NCBI GenBank assembly: GCA_036268055.1
Contig: DATAUW010000002.1
Coordinates: 28,124-92,123, forward strand
Reading direction: 5' to 3'
Origin: Verrucomicrobiia bacterium
Lineage (GTDB): Bacteria > Verrucomicrobiota > Verrucomicrobiia > Limisphaerales > Pedosphaeraceae
DNA length: 64,000 nucleotides
The number at the start of each line of letters is the position of its first letter. The first letter of the stretch is position 1. The notes under the pieces are model-generated. The model worked only from the letters and a program-made list of their open reading frames with translations. It searched no databases and was not told the DNA's origin. This document shows, in pieces, positions 18,767 to 28,426 of the stretch. The position numbers and the translations under genes were made by a program.

Positions 18767-20311
18767 TCACTGGCTCCGCTGTGCGCCGTTTACGTAAGTC
18801 GTCCAGGCATTCGTTTCAACGTATAGCTCGAAAAAAGTTTGCGGCCGTAATTCAAAAAGGCCGGCCATGATATGCGTTTTTTTCTGGTCGAGATTGGCTT
18901 GAAAAGCCGTGGAGACGATCATGGCATCGGAATAGGGATCAGCGGGAACGCGCGGCCAGAAACCGACTTGCTTGAATTGCCGCAAATACCAGGGGAGGGG
19001 CCAGTATTCGCTGTCGGGCGCCATGACTTTGATCACAAAGGAATTTTTTTGCGCATCGGTCGGTGCCAGTTTATCAAGCCGCTCGACAAGGTTGAGAATG
19101 TCGTCCGAAGTTTGCGCGTAGATATAAGGATTATGGATGTTCGACGCGTAGGGCACGCTCACTTGCCACGCTTGATACGCGAGTTGCACGGTCAACGCGA
19201 GCAGGACGCAACTCACGGGAATTTTCCAAATGAATTGTGAGCCGAGATTGATCAGCGCCATCGCGCCAACGCCCGCGAGCAGAATCATCCCCTGCCAAAA
19301 ACTGAGCAGACACCACGGCGTCTTGTAGCTGATGGCACTGTAAATCGCCGTGAGGATAATAGTGTAAAGCGCGATGAAGCGAATGAACTTGCGATTGCCT
19401 TCGAGACGGCTTTTGGGATTGAAAGCCGCGATGATGCCGACGATGGCCAAAATCAAAACGAGCGCTTCACTCCAAACCGGACCTCTGCCCGAATGAAAAT
19501 AAATGAGCCGCGACAAATAATAATCCCACGGATGAAGATGCGGCGACGCGCCTTCGACGCGATGCAGCCAGGGAAAATAAGTGAGCACGGCATCAAGCGG
19601 GCCACGAGCGTTGGTGAAGAAAGAAGTAAATAGAACAATCACCGTGATGAACCACGCGGCAATGGCGGCGATAAGGTGCTGGCGATTGAGTGAAAACACA
19701 TTTGCAGTTTCGTTGGGGTCGCGATTGCAAAGTTTATTTAGAAAAATGGCGGCGACCGCGGCGGCGATTGAGAGCACAAAAGTTTCCTTGGTCGCTTGCA
19801 TTAAGCCGATTGACACACCGGCAAGCACGGCCCAACCGGGTTTTCGATTGCGCGTATAACGCCATCCCGCCGCGATGGTGAGAAATGTAAAAGCCACCAG
19901 CAACATTTCGTGGATAAAATAGCGGCTGTAGAAAACCATCGCGGGCGATACCGCAATCAATATTGCCGCGCAGACGATCGCGCCGCGGCCTAGCGCATCG
20001 GATATAAGAGGCAGAAACAAGATTAATCCCACGCCGAAAATAACTGTGATAAGGCGCAGTTGAATCTCGTCGAAGTGAGCGAATTGCACGGGCCCGATGA
20101 GTTTCATCCACGCGAACGTAAGATAGATCAGCGTGGGGCCGTGATATTCCTGCGGGTCGTATTTATAAGAGCCTTGTTCCCAGAGCGTGCGAAGTTTGAT
20201 GGCATTGACCGCCTCGTCGTTGTGCATCGGGCGGATGTCGAGCTGGGGACATCGCAACGCAAGCGCAGCCGCGAGGGCGAGCAGCAGGCCAAAAATCAGC
20301 GCCCGGCTCAT
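18767..20311 (-). CDS. GT-C fold membrane glycosyltransferase, GT39/ArnT/PMT-like
   Basis: 514 aa with about 11 TM segments. A DE motif in the first extracytoplasmic loop (MHNDEAVNAIKLR) is typical of GT39/GT83 enzymes. Confidence 0.55.
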   Translation of the reverse strand: MSRALIFGLLLALAAALALRCPQLDIRPMHNDEAVNAIKLRTLWEQGSYKYDPQEYHGPTLIYLTFAWMKLIGPVQFAHFDEIQLRLITVIFGVGLILFLPLISDALGRGAIVCAAILIAVSPAMVFYSRYFIHEMLLVAFTFLTIAAGWRYTRNRKPGWAVLAGVSIGLMQATKETFVLSIAAAVAAIFLNKLCNRDPNETANVFSLNRQHLIAAIAAWFITVIVLFTSFFTNARGPLDAVLTYFPWLHRVEGASPHLHPWDYYLSRLIYFHSGRGPVWSEALVLILAIVGIIAAFNPKSRLEGNRKFIRFIALYTIILTAIYSAISYKTPWCLLSFWQGMILLAGVGAMALINLGSQFIWKIPVSCVLLALTVQLAYQAWQVSVPYASNIHNPYIYAQTSDDILNLVERLDKLAPTDAQKNSFVIKVMAPDSEYWPLPWYLRQFKQVGFWPRVPADPYSDAMIVSTAFQANLDQKKTHIMAGLFELRPQTFFELYVETNAWTTYVNGAQRSQ

Positions 20312-21027
20312 TTCATCGGCCGCCCGTAAATTTCCACTTCGGTGTATTCGTTGAAGGAGCCGTCCGTGCTGCCCTTGGTATAGAGGCGGACATAACGCGC
20401 ATTCTCACCTTTTGCGTTAATGGTTTTGCCTTCAAACGATTCAAAATATTCGTGGTCCGTGCCCGCGCCGCGACCATCGGCGTTGGCCGCGTCATTGTTG
20501 AATATCGTGCGGACATTTTTGGTGAAGCCGGCATCGTCCGCGAGTTGCACCACCACGCCGTGATAAACTTTCGGTGTGTCATACGCGTGCCAGATGACCA
20601 GCGCGAAAATCTGTTGCGGGCTGCCAAAATCAAATTGGATATATTGCACTCCTTTGCGCAACAGGACGAGATTGGCGTCGTCGGCTTCCTTGATGCCATC
20701 GGTGATTTTGCGCAACGCATCCGGTTTGGCGTTGGCATCGCTCGTCGTGATTTGCGCGGACGGCGCAATGTTTACAGCGTCTTTCGGAATCCTCAGCGGC
20801 GGCTTGGATTTATCCACCGAGGGTTCAATGATCGAACCAGGGGGTATATCCTTGGGGGTGCCGACGAAGGCCGCGGCGGGCAATTTGGGCTTGAGCGGCA
20901 CGAGTTCATTCGAATCATCGGCCAATAAATTCACTGCTCCAAGCAAACTAGCAACGAACAAAATGGCAGCCGTAAATGCGGCGCGGCCTCTGCTTCGATG
21001 GCAAATTTCAGAGAAACTTTTGGTCAT
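20308..21027 (-). CDS. Secreted or membrane-anchored protein with a C-terminal F5/8 type C (discoidin, galactose-binding-like) domain
   Basis: 239 aa with an N-terminal signal/anchor. The C-terminal ...ARYVRLYTKGSTDGSFNEYTEVEIYGRP matches the discoidin-domain terminus. Overlaps the GT39-like gene by 4 nt, indicating an operon. Confidence 0.5.
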   Translation of the reverse strand: MTKSFSEICHRSRGRAAFTAAILFVASLLGAVNLLADDSNELVPLKPKLPAAAFVGTPKDIPPGSIIEPSVDKSKPPLRIPKDAVNIAPSAQITTSDANAKPDALRKITDGIKEADDANLVLLRKGVQYIQFDFGSPQQIFALVIWHAYDTPKVYHGVVVQLADDAGFTKNVRTIFNNDAANADGRGAGTDHEYFESFEGKTINAKGENARYVRLYTKGSTDGSFNEYTEVEIYGRPMK

Positions 21028-21120
21028 TGATTAATCATTAACGCAACCTCGCGCGGTGACAAGCCGTCTTTGCTACCGCGAAAATGATTGTTTGTTGGAA
21101 TCAAAACCACCCGTTATGTA

Positions 21121-21852
21121 ATGGGCATGGAACTGCCGCCCTTGATGCCCGGAACGCTTTACCTGGTCGCGACGCCGATTGGGAATCTCGAAGACATGAC
21201 GTTGCGCGCGCTGCGGACGTTGAAGGAGTGCGATGTCATCGCGGCGGAGGACACGCGCCGCACCGGGCAACTGCTCAAACACTTCGGCATCACCAAGCCG
21301 ATGATCAGTTATTTTCAATTCAACGAAGCGCGGCGCAGCGAGGAAATTTTGGAGCGATTGCAGCGGGGCGAAAAAGTTGCGTTGGTGACCGATGCCGGCA
21401 GCCCAGGCATCAGCGATCCCGGCGAACGCGTCGTGCGCGCGGCGCGGGCGGCGGGCTTGCGCGTGGAATCGGTGCCGGGACCCTGCGCGCTGGTGGCGGC
21501 GTTGACTGCGAGCGGATTGGCGACCGACGAATTTCATTTCATCGGTTTTCTGCCGCACAAGTCCGGCCAGCGGCGAAAGCAGCTTGAGGCGTTGAAGGCG
21601 TTCGCCGGCACGTTGATCTTGTATGAGTCGCCTTATCGGATTGAAAAATTGCTCGGCGAGTTACTCGAAGTCCTGCCGGAGCGGCGGGTTGTGCTGGCCC
21701 GGGAGCTTACAAAAAAATTCGAGGAGTATCTCAGCGGCACACCCACGGAACTGGCCGAGGTGCTCAAAAAACGGTCTTTAAAGGGCGAGTTTGTAGTATT
21801 AATCAGTGGCGAAACGGATTACGCCGATAAGCCAAATACTGATGTCACCTAA
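21121..21852 (+). CDS. rsmI: 16S rRNA (cytidine1402-2'-O)-methyltransferase
   Basis: GTLYLVATPIGNLEDMTLRAL...VIAAEDTR is the RsmI hallmark. The ORF-track start at 21088 is probably an N-terminal over-extension. Confidence 0.9.
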   Translation: MGMELPPLMPGTLYLVATPIGNLEDMTLRALRTLKECDVIAAEDTRRTGQLLKHFGITKPMISYFQFNEARRSEEILERLQRGEKVALVTDAGSPGISDPGERVVRAARAAGLRVESVPGPCALVAALTASGLATDEFHFIGFLPHKSGQRRKQLEALKAFAGTLILYESPYRIEKLLGELLEVLPERRVVLARELTKKFEEYLSGTPTELAEVLKKRSLKGEFVVLISGETDYADKPNTDVT

Positions 21853-22038
21853 AACCATCGCATTTTTTACTTGTGTCCAGCGAAAAAATGTCATTACTTT
21901 AGTGGCCGTCCGAGAGCAGTGGCTTAGTGATCCGGAAATTGTCAGATGAAAGCTTAGCGCTATGACGATTTGAGACCTAACAACGGGAACGTTCACCAAT
22001 GCACGACTTCGCGGATAAACAACGAAAGTATCAAGCTA

Positions 22039-22404
22039 ATGGCGACCAAATTATTCGTCGGGAACCTTCCCTTCAGTGTCACCGAAAATGATCTGCAAGA
22101 TTATTTTGCGACGGCCGGCACAGTTATCGCAGTAAACATCATGCAAGATCGCGCCACCGGACGTTCGCGCGGCTTTGCCTTTGTCGAGATGGGGTCTCAA
22201 GCGGAAGCCGATTCGGCTATCCAGCAGTTTCATCAAAAGGAATTTCAAGGTCGTCCCTTGACCGTCAACGAGGCGCGTCCTCGTGAAGAACGTCCTCCCG
22301 GCGGCGGTGGCGGCGGATACGGTGGCGGCCGTGGCGGTGGCGGCGGCGGTGGAGATCGCCGTGGCGGCGGTGGTGGCGGTGGCGGCTATCGCGATCGTCG
22401 CTAA
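22039..22404 (+). CDS. RNA-binding protein with one RRM domain and a C-terminal Gly/Arg-rich tail
   Basis: RNP2 (LFVGNL) and RNP1 (RGFAFVEM) motifs. A GGGGYGGGRGGGG tail. The likely start is MATKLFV (22039) inside the longer track ORF. Confidence 0.85.
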   Translation: MATKLFVGNLPFSVTENDLQDYFATAGTVIAVNIMQDRATGRSRGFAFVEMGSQAEADSAIQQFHQKEFQGRPLTVNEARPREERPPGGGGGGYGGGRGGGGGGGDRRGGGGGGGGYRDRR

Positions 22405-22421
22405 GTTCACCTGAACTTTTC

Positions 22422-22462
22422 AAAAAACCATCGTTCGAAGGAACGGTGGTTTTTTTATTTTT
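22422..22462. terminator. Bidirectional rho-independent terminator between the RRM gene and the convergent FAD oxidase gene
   Basis: aaccatcgttc / gaag / gaacggtggtt, flanked by A-run and T-run. Confidence 0.6.
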
Positions 22463-22484
22463 AGAGTCTGCCGAAAAAAAGGCT

Positions 22485-23864
22485 CTACTCGACGAATTTG
22501 CCAGGATTCAAAATTCCGTGCGGGTCGAGCGCGCGCTTGACGTCGCGATGAAGTTTCCGCACTTCGGGCGAGACAGCCAGCGACCACCACGGTTTTTTCG
22601 CGAGGCCGATTCCGTGTTCGCCGGTGATGACGCCGTTCCACGCGAGCACCTGTTTAAAGAGATCGTCCAACGCCGCTTGCGAACGCTCGAAGGCATTCGG
22701 CTGCGTCATGTCCACCATCACGTTCGTATGGATATTGCCATCGCCGGCATGCCCGAAACAGGCGAGCCGCAAACCGTGTTTCTTTTGCAGGCGAATCGCG
22801 AAACGAAACAAATCTTCGAGACGGCTGCGCGGGACGACGATATCCTGGTTTAATTTCGTGAGGCCAGTATCGCGCAGGGCATAGGAAAATTCACGGCGCA
22901 ATTTCCAGATCGCCTCGCATTCGACCTCGCCAAAACCCGTCTCGATGAAAAGAGGATTTTGCGCGCGCACGATTTTTTGGACGGATTTAAGTTCATTGCG
23001 CACGGAAAATTCCTGGCCGTCGAGTTCAACGATAAGATGGGCATTGCAACCGCTGAGGCGTTTGCTTTTGGTGCGCTCGCGGGCGGCGGCGAGAGTGAAG
23101 GCGTCCGCAACTTCCAGCGCGCAGGGCAAAAATCCGGCGGCAAGAATCGCGCGCAACGTGCCGATGGCTTCCTTCATCGCGGCGAATCCGACGGCGAGAC
23201 ACGCGCGATAAGGCGGCAGAGGCAAAAGCTTCAAGGTCGCTTCGGTCACGACGCCGAGCATGCCTTCGGAGCCGACGAACATTCTGGTGAGGTCGAAACC
23301 CGTTTTGTTTTTGTGCGTGCGCCCACCGACTTTGGCAATCGCGCCGTCGGCAGTAACCACTTCCAGGCCGAGAACATAATCGCGCGTGACTCCGTATTTC
23401 AAACAGCGCGGTCCGCCGGCATTGGTGGCGATGTTTCCGCCAATGGAACAATCCGCGCGGCTCGCGGGATCGGGTGGATAAAATAATCCCTGCCGTTCGA
23501 CGCTCTCCTGAAGTTGCTGCGTGATTACGCCGGGTTGCACCACGGCGACGAAATCATGCGCGTTGATTTCCTTGATGCGATTCATGCGCATCAGCGAAAG
23601 CGAGATGCCGCCCTCGACCGGGACGCAGCCACCGACGTAACCAAAACCCGCGCCGCGCGGAGTCACGGGGATGCGATGCTCATTGGCGAAGCGCAATATT
23701 CTGGCAACCGATTCAGTGTTGCGTGGCAGCGCGACGGCATCCGGCACATTCGCGGCGAACCATTTGTCACCGGCGGATTTTTCGCGGGCGGATTTTTCCA
23801 AACTGACTTCGCCGGGGAGAAGCCGTTTTAGTTTGGCGAGAGCTTTCAGGCTGCGCGCGTTCAT
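22485..23864 (-). CDS. FAD-binding oxidoreductase (GlcD / D-lactate dehydrogenase family, FAD_binding_4 plus FAD-oxidase_C)
   Basis: 459 aa. Family-level similarity throughout (RGAGFGYVGGCVP...). Confidence 0.85.
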   Translation of the reverse strand: MNARSLKALAKLKRLLPGEVSLEKSAREKSAGDKWFAANVPDAVALPRNTESVARILRFANEHRIPVTPRGAGFGYVGGCVPVEGGISLSLMRMNRIKEINAHDFVAVVQPGVITQQLQESVERQGLFYPPDPASRADCSIGGNIATNAGGPRCLKYGVTRDYVLGLEVVTADGAIAKVGGRTHKNKTGFDLTRMFVGSEGMLGVVTEATLKLLPLPPYRACLAVGFAAMKEAIGTLRAILAAGFLPCALEVADAFTLAAARERTKSKRLSGCNAHLIVELDGQEFSVRNELKSVQKIVRAQNPLFIETGFGEVECEAIWKLRREFSYALRDTGLTKLNQDIVVPRSRLEDLFRFAIRLQKKHGLRLACFGHAGDGNIHTNVMVDMTQPNAFERSQAALDDLFKQVLAWNGVITGEHGIGLAKKPWWSLAVSPEVRKLHRDVKRALDPHGILNPGKFVE

Positions 23865-24088
23865 TCTGATGGCGCGGGGCCGGGATCGGCAAGAAATTCG
23901 CGGGCAGCCTTGGCCTCGTCTTCGGGCACTTGCACCAAAATGCCGCCCACGCTGACGGAATAACCCATGGTGCTGAGCGCGCTTAATCCATTGGTGATGA
24001 CGGGATGAAATTCAGCCGCGTCGAGCCGTGAATTAACCAGATCGGCATCTATCGGACTAAAAGCAGTAAAGACCGTAACCAGTTGCAT
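23861..24088 (-). CDS. DUF2007-like small protein
   Basis: 75 aa. Overlaps the downstream gene by 4 nt. Pattern consistent with DUF2007. Weak call. Confidence 0.45.
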   Translation of the reverse strand: MQLVTVFTAFSPIDADLVNSRLDAAEFHPVITNGLSALSTMGYSVSVGGILVQVPEDEAKAAREFLADPGPAPSE

Positions 24089-24118
24089 GGCTCAACATCG
24101 CCTGACTAGCCAAGGACT

Positions 24119-25141
24119 TCAAGCCGTAACCGGTGGCGTCGCCGGTTTGGCTTCCGCAAATACAATCACGCCCGCGCCGGTTTGCAAAAGGCTTTGCACC
24201 TGCACGTGGACTTCCTGGCCGATCAGACTCTGGCCCTGGTTGACCACCACCATCGTTCCGTCGTTCAAGTAACCGACGCCCTGGCCTTTGTCTTTGCCTT
24301 CGCGCACCAGTTTGATGTGCAACATTTCGCCGGGGATGAGAACTGTTTTGAAAGACTTGGCGACTTCGTGGATGTTGACGTGCTTGACGGATTGCAACTC
24401 GGCGATCTTGCCGAGGTTGTAATCGTTGGTGAATAATTTCGCGTTCAGATTGCGCGCGAGTCGGACCAGCTTGGCGTCCACTTCCTTTTCCTCGGGAAAA
24501 TCGCCGTCGTGAATTTTCACTTCCGCGACGGTATTGCGTTGAAGACGATTGAGCATGTCGAGACCGCGGCGGCCGCGGGCGCGGCGGATGGGATCGCTCG
24601 AATCGCCAATCTGTTGAAGCTCCTTCAACACAAAACGCGGCACGACTACGAGCCCTTCGATCAATTTCGCCTCGATGAGATCGGCGATGCGACCGTCAAT
24701 GATCACGCTGGTGTCCAGCAATAGGAGATTGTCGGGCTTATTTTGCGGCGCGAAGCGGACGTAAGGAATGATGAGCGAAAAATCCTCCTTGTTGCTGCGC
24801 ATGGCGAGCACGATGCCAATGTAGCCAAAACCGAGAAACAACGAAAGGCGGATCAGCCAGCGGGTTTTGTCATCCACGTTTTCGAAGAGCGCGGAATGGT
24901 CTATGAGAAATGCGACGATGCTGCCCAGAAACAAACCGAAACTCGTCGCGGAAAATGCGCGCAGGGAAAATCCCTTGAGCATTTCGTCAATCGCGATCAA
25001 CAGGCCGCCGAAACCGAATCCAAAAAGAAAACCAAAAAATTCTCCACCATGCCCGATGGTTTCGGGGCGGACCTGGCTGATGGCCATGCCGCCAAAGGAA
25101 CAAAGGGTAAGGAAAAAAATCCGAATGTACCACAGCGACAT
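24119..25141 (-). CDS. Membrane-anchored PIN-domain plus TRAM-domain protein (YacL-like)
   Basis: 340 aa. About 4 N-terminal TM helices. PIN motif LLLDTSVIIDGRI. A C-terminal TRAM-like beta domain. Confidence 0.7.
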   Translation of the reverse strand: MSLWYIRIFFLTLCSFGGMAISQVRPETIGHGGEFFGFLFGFGFGGLLIAIDEMLKGFSLRAFSATSFGLFLGSIVAFLIDHSALFENVDDKTRWLIRLSLFLGFGYIGIVLAMRSNKEDFSLIIPYVRFAPQNKPDNLLLLDTSVIIDGRIADLIEAKLIEGLVVVPRFVLKELQQIGDSSDPIRRARGRRGLDMLNRLQRNTVAEVKIHDGDFPEEKEVDAKLVRLARNLNAKLFTNDYNLGKIAELQSVKHVNIHEVAKSFKTVLIPGEMLHIKLVREGKDKGQGVGYLNDGTMVVVNQGQSLIGQEVHVQVQSLLQTGAGVIVFAEAKPATPPVTA

Positions 25142-25148
25142 AGTTTAT

Positions 25149-26135
25149 TTATGGTTGCCGCGGCGGTGCCGGAGCAAACTTCAGTTGCTTGTCCTCATCG
25201 GCGGCCTTCGGATGATACCAGATGAAGTGCCATAATCCAAGACGATTCAGGTTGCCGGTGGTGACCGCGAGATTGCTGACGATAGACGACACATTATCCG
25301 CGACCTCCTGATTTTTTAATACCGTGCCGGCCAGCCCCTGGCCAGCCTGGACGCTGCCCAGAATGTTGGTCAACATATCCGTGGAAGTATTGATATTGCT
25401 CAGGGCCTGCGAGATTTGCGCCCGGTTCGTGTCCACGATACCGTGGATTTGGAGTGCCACATCGTTCAGGTGGTGGGAAAAAAGCACCAGATTGCTTACG
25501 GCCAGGTTGACCGGCTGGCCGTTGGTGCGGATGAGCTGGTTGATGTTGTCCACAGTGGTGAGGGCATCCACCGAAACCTGTTTCAATGTGCCGACAGTGA
25601 AGGAAAGGTTGGTCAGCGTGGTTTCATTGAGCACGAGACGGCGCACGTCGCTGATGGCGCCGTCCAATTTTTTCGCGGTTTCGTCCATGCGTTTGATGAA
25701 ACCATTCGCGGACTTGGCGGCTTCCTGGAGGTTGAACGGCGCTTCGACGTAAACGGTGGAACCATTGGTCAGCGGTTTGCCCTGGCTCAACTCGGGATAC
25801 ACTGCGACATATTGATCGCCCAAAAATCCGGCCGACTCGACGGCGAAACGGGCGTCGTCGCGAATGATATATTGGCCGTAAATCTTTACGTGAATGAGCA
25901 CGTTCGTGCCCTGCGGCGAAAGCTCAGTCTTCATCACCGTGCCGACTTTCACGCCGGACATCAACACGGCGGCATCGGCGCGCAAGCCCGCGACATTTTC
26001 GGCGTCGAGCGTGATTTGGTAGGTCTTGCGGAAAAGGGTGTTGCCCTTGCTGAATTGCAGCAGCAAAGCCGCCAGCAAAACAAGGCACATCACGACGAAG
26101 GCCCCGACTTTTAACTCCAGACGCGATTGGCTCAT
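25149..26135 (-). CDS. mlaD: MCE-domain protein MlaD (phospholipid ABC transporter substrate-binding component)
   Basis: 328 aa. An N-terminal TM followed by an MCE domain. Downstream of mlaF and mlaE. Confidence 0.85.
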   Translation of the reverse strand: MSQSRLELKVGAFVVMCLVLLAALLLQFSKGNTLFRKTYQITLDAENVAGLRADAAVLMSGVKVGTVMKTELSPQGTNVLIHVKIYGQYIIRDDARFAVESAGFLGDQYVAVYPELSQGKPLTNGSTVYVEAPFNLQEAAKSANGFIKRMDETAKKLDGAISDVRRLVLNETTLTNLSFTVGTLKQVSVDALTTVDNINQLIRTNGQPVNLAVSNLVLFSHHLNDVALQIHGIVDTNRAQISQALSNINTSTDMLTNILGSVQAGQGLAGTVLKNQEVADNVSSIVSNLAVTTGNLNRLGLWHFIWYHPKAADEDKQLKFAPAPPRQP

Positions 26136-26878
26136 AAATGATGCTCCTGAGGTTTGGAAATGCCGTTGACGAAATTATAAATGACCGGATCGGTCGAGCT
26201 GAATACTTGTTCTGGCGTTCCGCTGAAATAAATTTTTTTGTTGTAGAGCATGATGATTCTTTGGCCGACGCGCCGCGCGCTACGCATGTCGTGGGTTACG
26301 ACCAGGCTGGTGATTTTCAATTGGTCGCGCACGCGCATGATCAAGTGATCAATGCTGTCGGACACGACCGGGTCAAGGCCCGTGGTCGGTTCGTCGTACA
26401 GAACGATTTGCGGTTCGTAAACGATCGCGCGGGCGAGGCCGACGCGCTTGCGCATGCCGCCGGACAATTCGGAAGGATTTTTGGTTTCCGTGCCGGAAAG
26501 TTCAACCATGTCGAGCGCCTCAGCGACTTTATTATTGATTTCGGCTTCGGTAAATTTTCGCTGGCGGCGCAACGCGAAGGCGACATTCTCCGCCACGGTC
26601 ATCGAATCGAACAATGCCGCGCCTTGGAACAACATGCCGAATTTTTGGCGCACCCGGATGAGTTCGCGCTCGTTCATGCCGCGCATGTTTTCGTTGTCAA
26701 TGAGCACATCGCCTTCGTCCGGCAGCAACAAGCCGACGATGTGTTTGAGCAAAACGCTTTTGCCGCCGCCGCTGCGTCCGATAATGACGACGGATTCGCC
26801 GCGCTCGACGCGCAAGCTGACGTCATCGAGAATCAGGTTTTTCCCGAAGCTTTTCCGCAGATGACGGACCTCAATCAT
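26132..26878 (-). CDS. mlaF: Phospholipid ABC transporter ATP-binding protein
   Basis: Walker A GRSGGGKS, ABC signature LSGGMRKR, Walker B LYDEPTTGLD. Confidence 0.9.
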   Translation of the reverse strand: MIEVRHLRKSFGKNLILDDVSLRVERGESVVIIGRSGGGKSVLLKHIVGLLLPDEGDVLIDNENMRGMNERELIRVRQKFGMLFQGAALFDSMTVAENVAFALRRQRKFTEAEINNKVAEALDMVELSGTETKNPSELSGGMRKRVGLARAIVYEPQIVLYDEPTTGLDPVVSDSIDHLIMRVRDQLKITSLVVTHDMRSARRVGQRIIMLYNKKIYFSGTPEQVFSSTDPVIYNFVNGISKPQEHHL

Positions 26879-27656
26879 AGAGATGGAACAACTGGTTCAG
26901 GGTCAGCGTCAGGAAAAAATTGGAGATGAGAATGGTGATGGACGCGTAAACGACGGCTTCGGTCGTGGCGCGACCTACGCCCTCGGCGCCTTCGCCACAG
27001 GACATGCCTTTGTAACAACCGATGATCGAGAGGATGCCACCGAAGATGAATGCCTTGATCACGCCGACGAGCACGTCAATCGCGCCGGTATATTTTACCA
27101 TGTTGTTAAACAGAAATGCGGGGTCAATGCCGAGCAACACGACGCCCACGATGTAGCCGGACAGAATTCCCATCGCAATGGATTCCACGGTGAGCAGGGG
27201 CAGGGTGCTCAGCGAGGCGAGCAGGCGCGGCACGACGAGATAATCCACCGGATGCGTGGCGAGCGTGCGGAGGGCGTCAATTTGCTCGGTGACTTTCATC
27301 GTGCCAAGTTCGGCGGCCATCGAAGCGCCGACGCGCCCGGCGACCATCAACGCCGTCAGCACCGGACCGAGTTCGCTGCACATGGACACACTGACCACCG
27401 CGAGCGTGGCATTGTCCATCTTGACCTTGTGAAATTGGAAATAGGTTTGCGCGCAGAGAACCATGCCGGTGAACGCGCCGGTGACCAGCACGACCGATTG
27501 CGATTTCACGCCGATGAAGTAAAGTTGGTAGATGTAATCGCGCCACGACAGCTTGAACGTGAAGAGCGATTGCAATGATTCCTTGGCCAGCAGCGTGATC
27601 TTTCCCAGACCCTGCACCCATTCTGTCAGGACGGACTTGGCTAAAAAATTCATCAC
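26871..27656 (-). CDS. mlaE: Phospholipid ABC transporter permease
   Basis: 261 aa. MlaE-family TM topology and conserved blocks. Confidence 0.85.
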   Translation of the reverse strand: MMNFLAKSVLTEWVQGLGKITLLAKESLQSLFTFKLSWRDYIYQLYFIGVKSQSVVLVTGAFTGMVLCAQTYFQFHKVKMDNATLAVVSVSMCSELGPVLTALMVAGRVGASMAAELGTMKVTEQIDALRTLATHPVDYLVVPRLLASLSTLPLLTVESIAMGILSGYIVGVVLLGIDPAFLFNNMVKYTGAIDVLVGVIKAFIFGGILSIIGCYKGMSCGEGAEGVGRATTEAVVYASITILISNFFLTLTLNQLFHLYD

Positions 27657-27861
27657 TGATGATTTAACAAATGGACATTCGAGTTGCTAGTACAATGAAT
27701 ATGTTGCGCTGCCTACAATACCCGGGCTTTTTCCGCGACGGCAGCGCGTCCCGGGAAATATCATGTCACCAAAACTTTGCGTCCGCAAATGTTGTCTTTA
27801 TGTAAAAAAATATCGTCTTGCGACCTATTGAAATACTGCCTTTGAGGTTTTAGTTTGCATT

Positions 27862-28332
27862 GTGAATGCAAATTATCTTCTGCGGATTCGCGTTGCCTTG
27901 ACGATATTTATTTTCGGGTTGCTGCTCAGCGGCGCAACGGCGTTTCCATTGGAAACGGAAGTGACCTGGCTGGCAAAACAAACGGCGGCTTATCCAGACT
28001 CCGCGCTCAACCATTGGTTCGTCACGGTGCGGGACGCGCTCGTGACTACAAACGGACATTACTCGTTTCTTGCGTATGGAACCGATTGGCTGGGATTCGC
28101 GCACATCGTTTTAGCGATTGCGTTCCTTGGGCCGTGGCGTGATCCAATTAAAAATATTTGGATGATCGAATTTGGAATGGTGGCGTGTGTGTTGGTGCTG
28201 CCGTTTGCGTTCATCGCAGGAGGCGTTCGCGGGATTCCGCTCGGTTGGCGGTTGGTGGATTGTTCGTTTGGGATTTTGGGGATTATTCCGCTGCTTTATT
28301 GCTGGTCGCAGATTAAGCGGATGAAACAATAA
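27862..28332 (+). CDS. Hypothetical membrane protein (4 TM). Apparent GTG start embedded in a palindrome.
   Basis: 156-aa hydrophobic ORF. No recognised domain. Confidence 0.4.
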   Translation: MNANYLLRIRVALTIFIFGLLLSGATAFPLETEVTWLAKQTAAYPDSALNHWFVTVRDALVTTNGHYSFLAYGTDWLGFAHIVLAIAFLGPWRDPIKNIWMIEFGMVACVLVLPFAFIAGGVRGIPLGWRLVDCSFGILGIIPLLYCWSQIKRMKQ

Positions 28333-28374
28333 ATAGACTTGCGGGAACGCTCGCCCTTCTTGAGCGGAAATGAA

Positions 28375-28405
28375 AAACGCCAACCGCGTTTGCGATTGGC
28401 GTTTA
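28375..28405. terminator. Hairpin, candidate bidirectional terminator between 27862-28332 and clpC
   Basis: aaacgccaa / ccgcgtttgcgat / tggcgttt. Confidence 0.35.
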
Positions 28406-28426
28406 GCAACCTTCAACCAATATGGT

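Noticed and set aside
22051-22410. 119-aa poly-Ala/Thr ORF antisense to the Gly-rich tail of the RRM protein
   Set aside because: It is the reverse complement of the GGC/GGT repeats that encode the RGG tail. There is no independent evidence for it.
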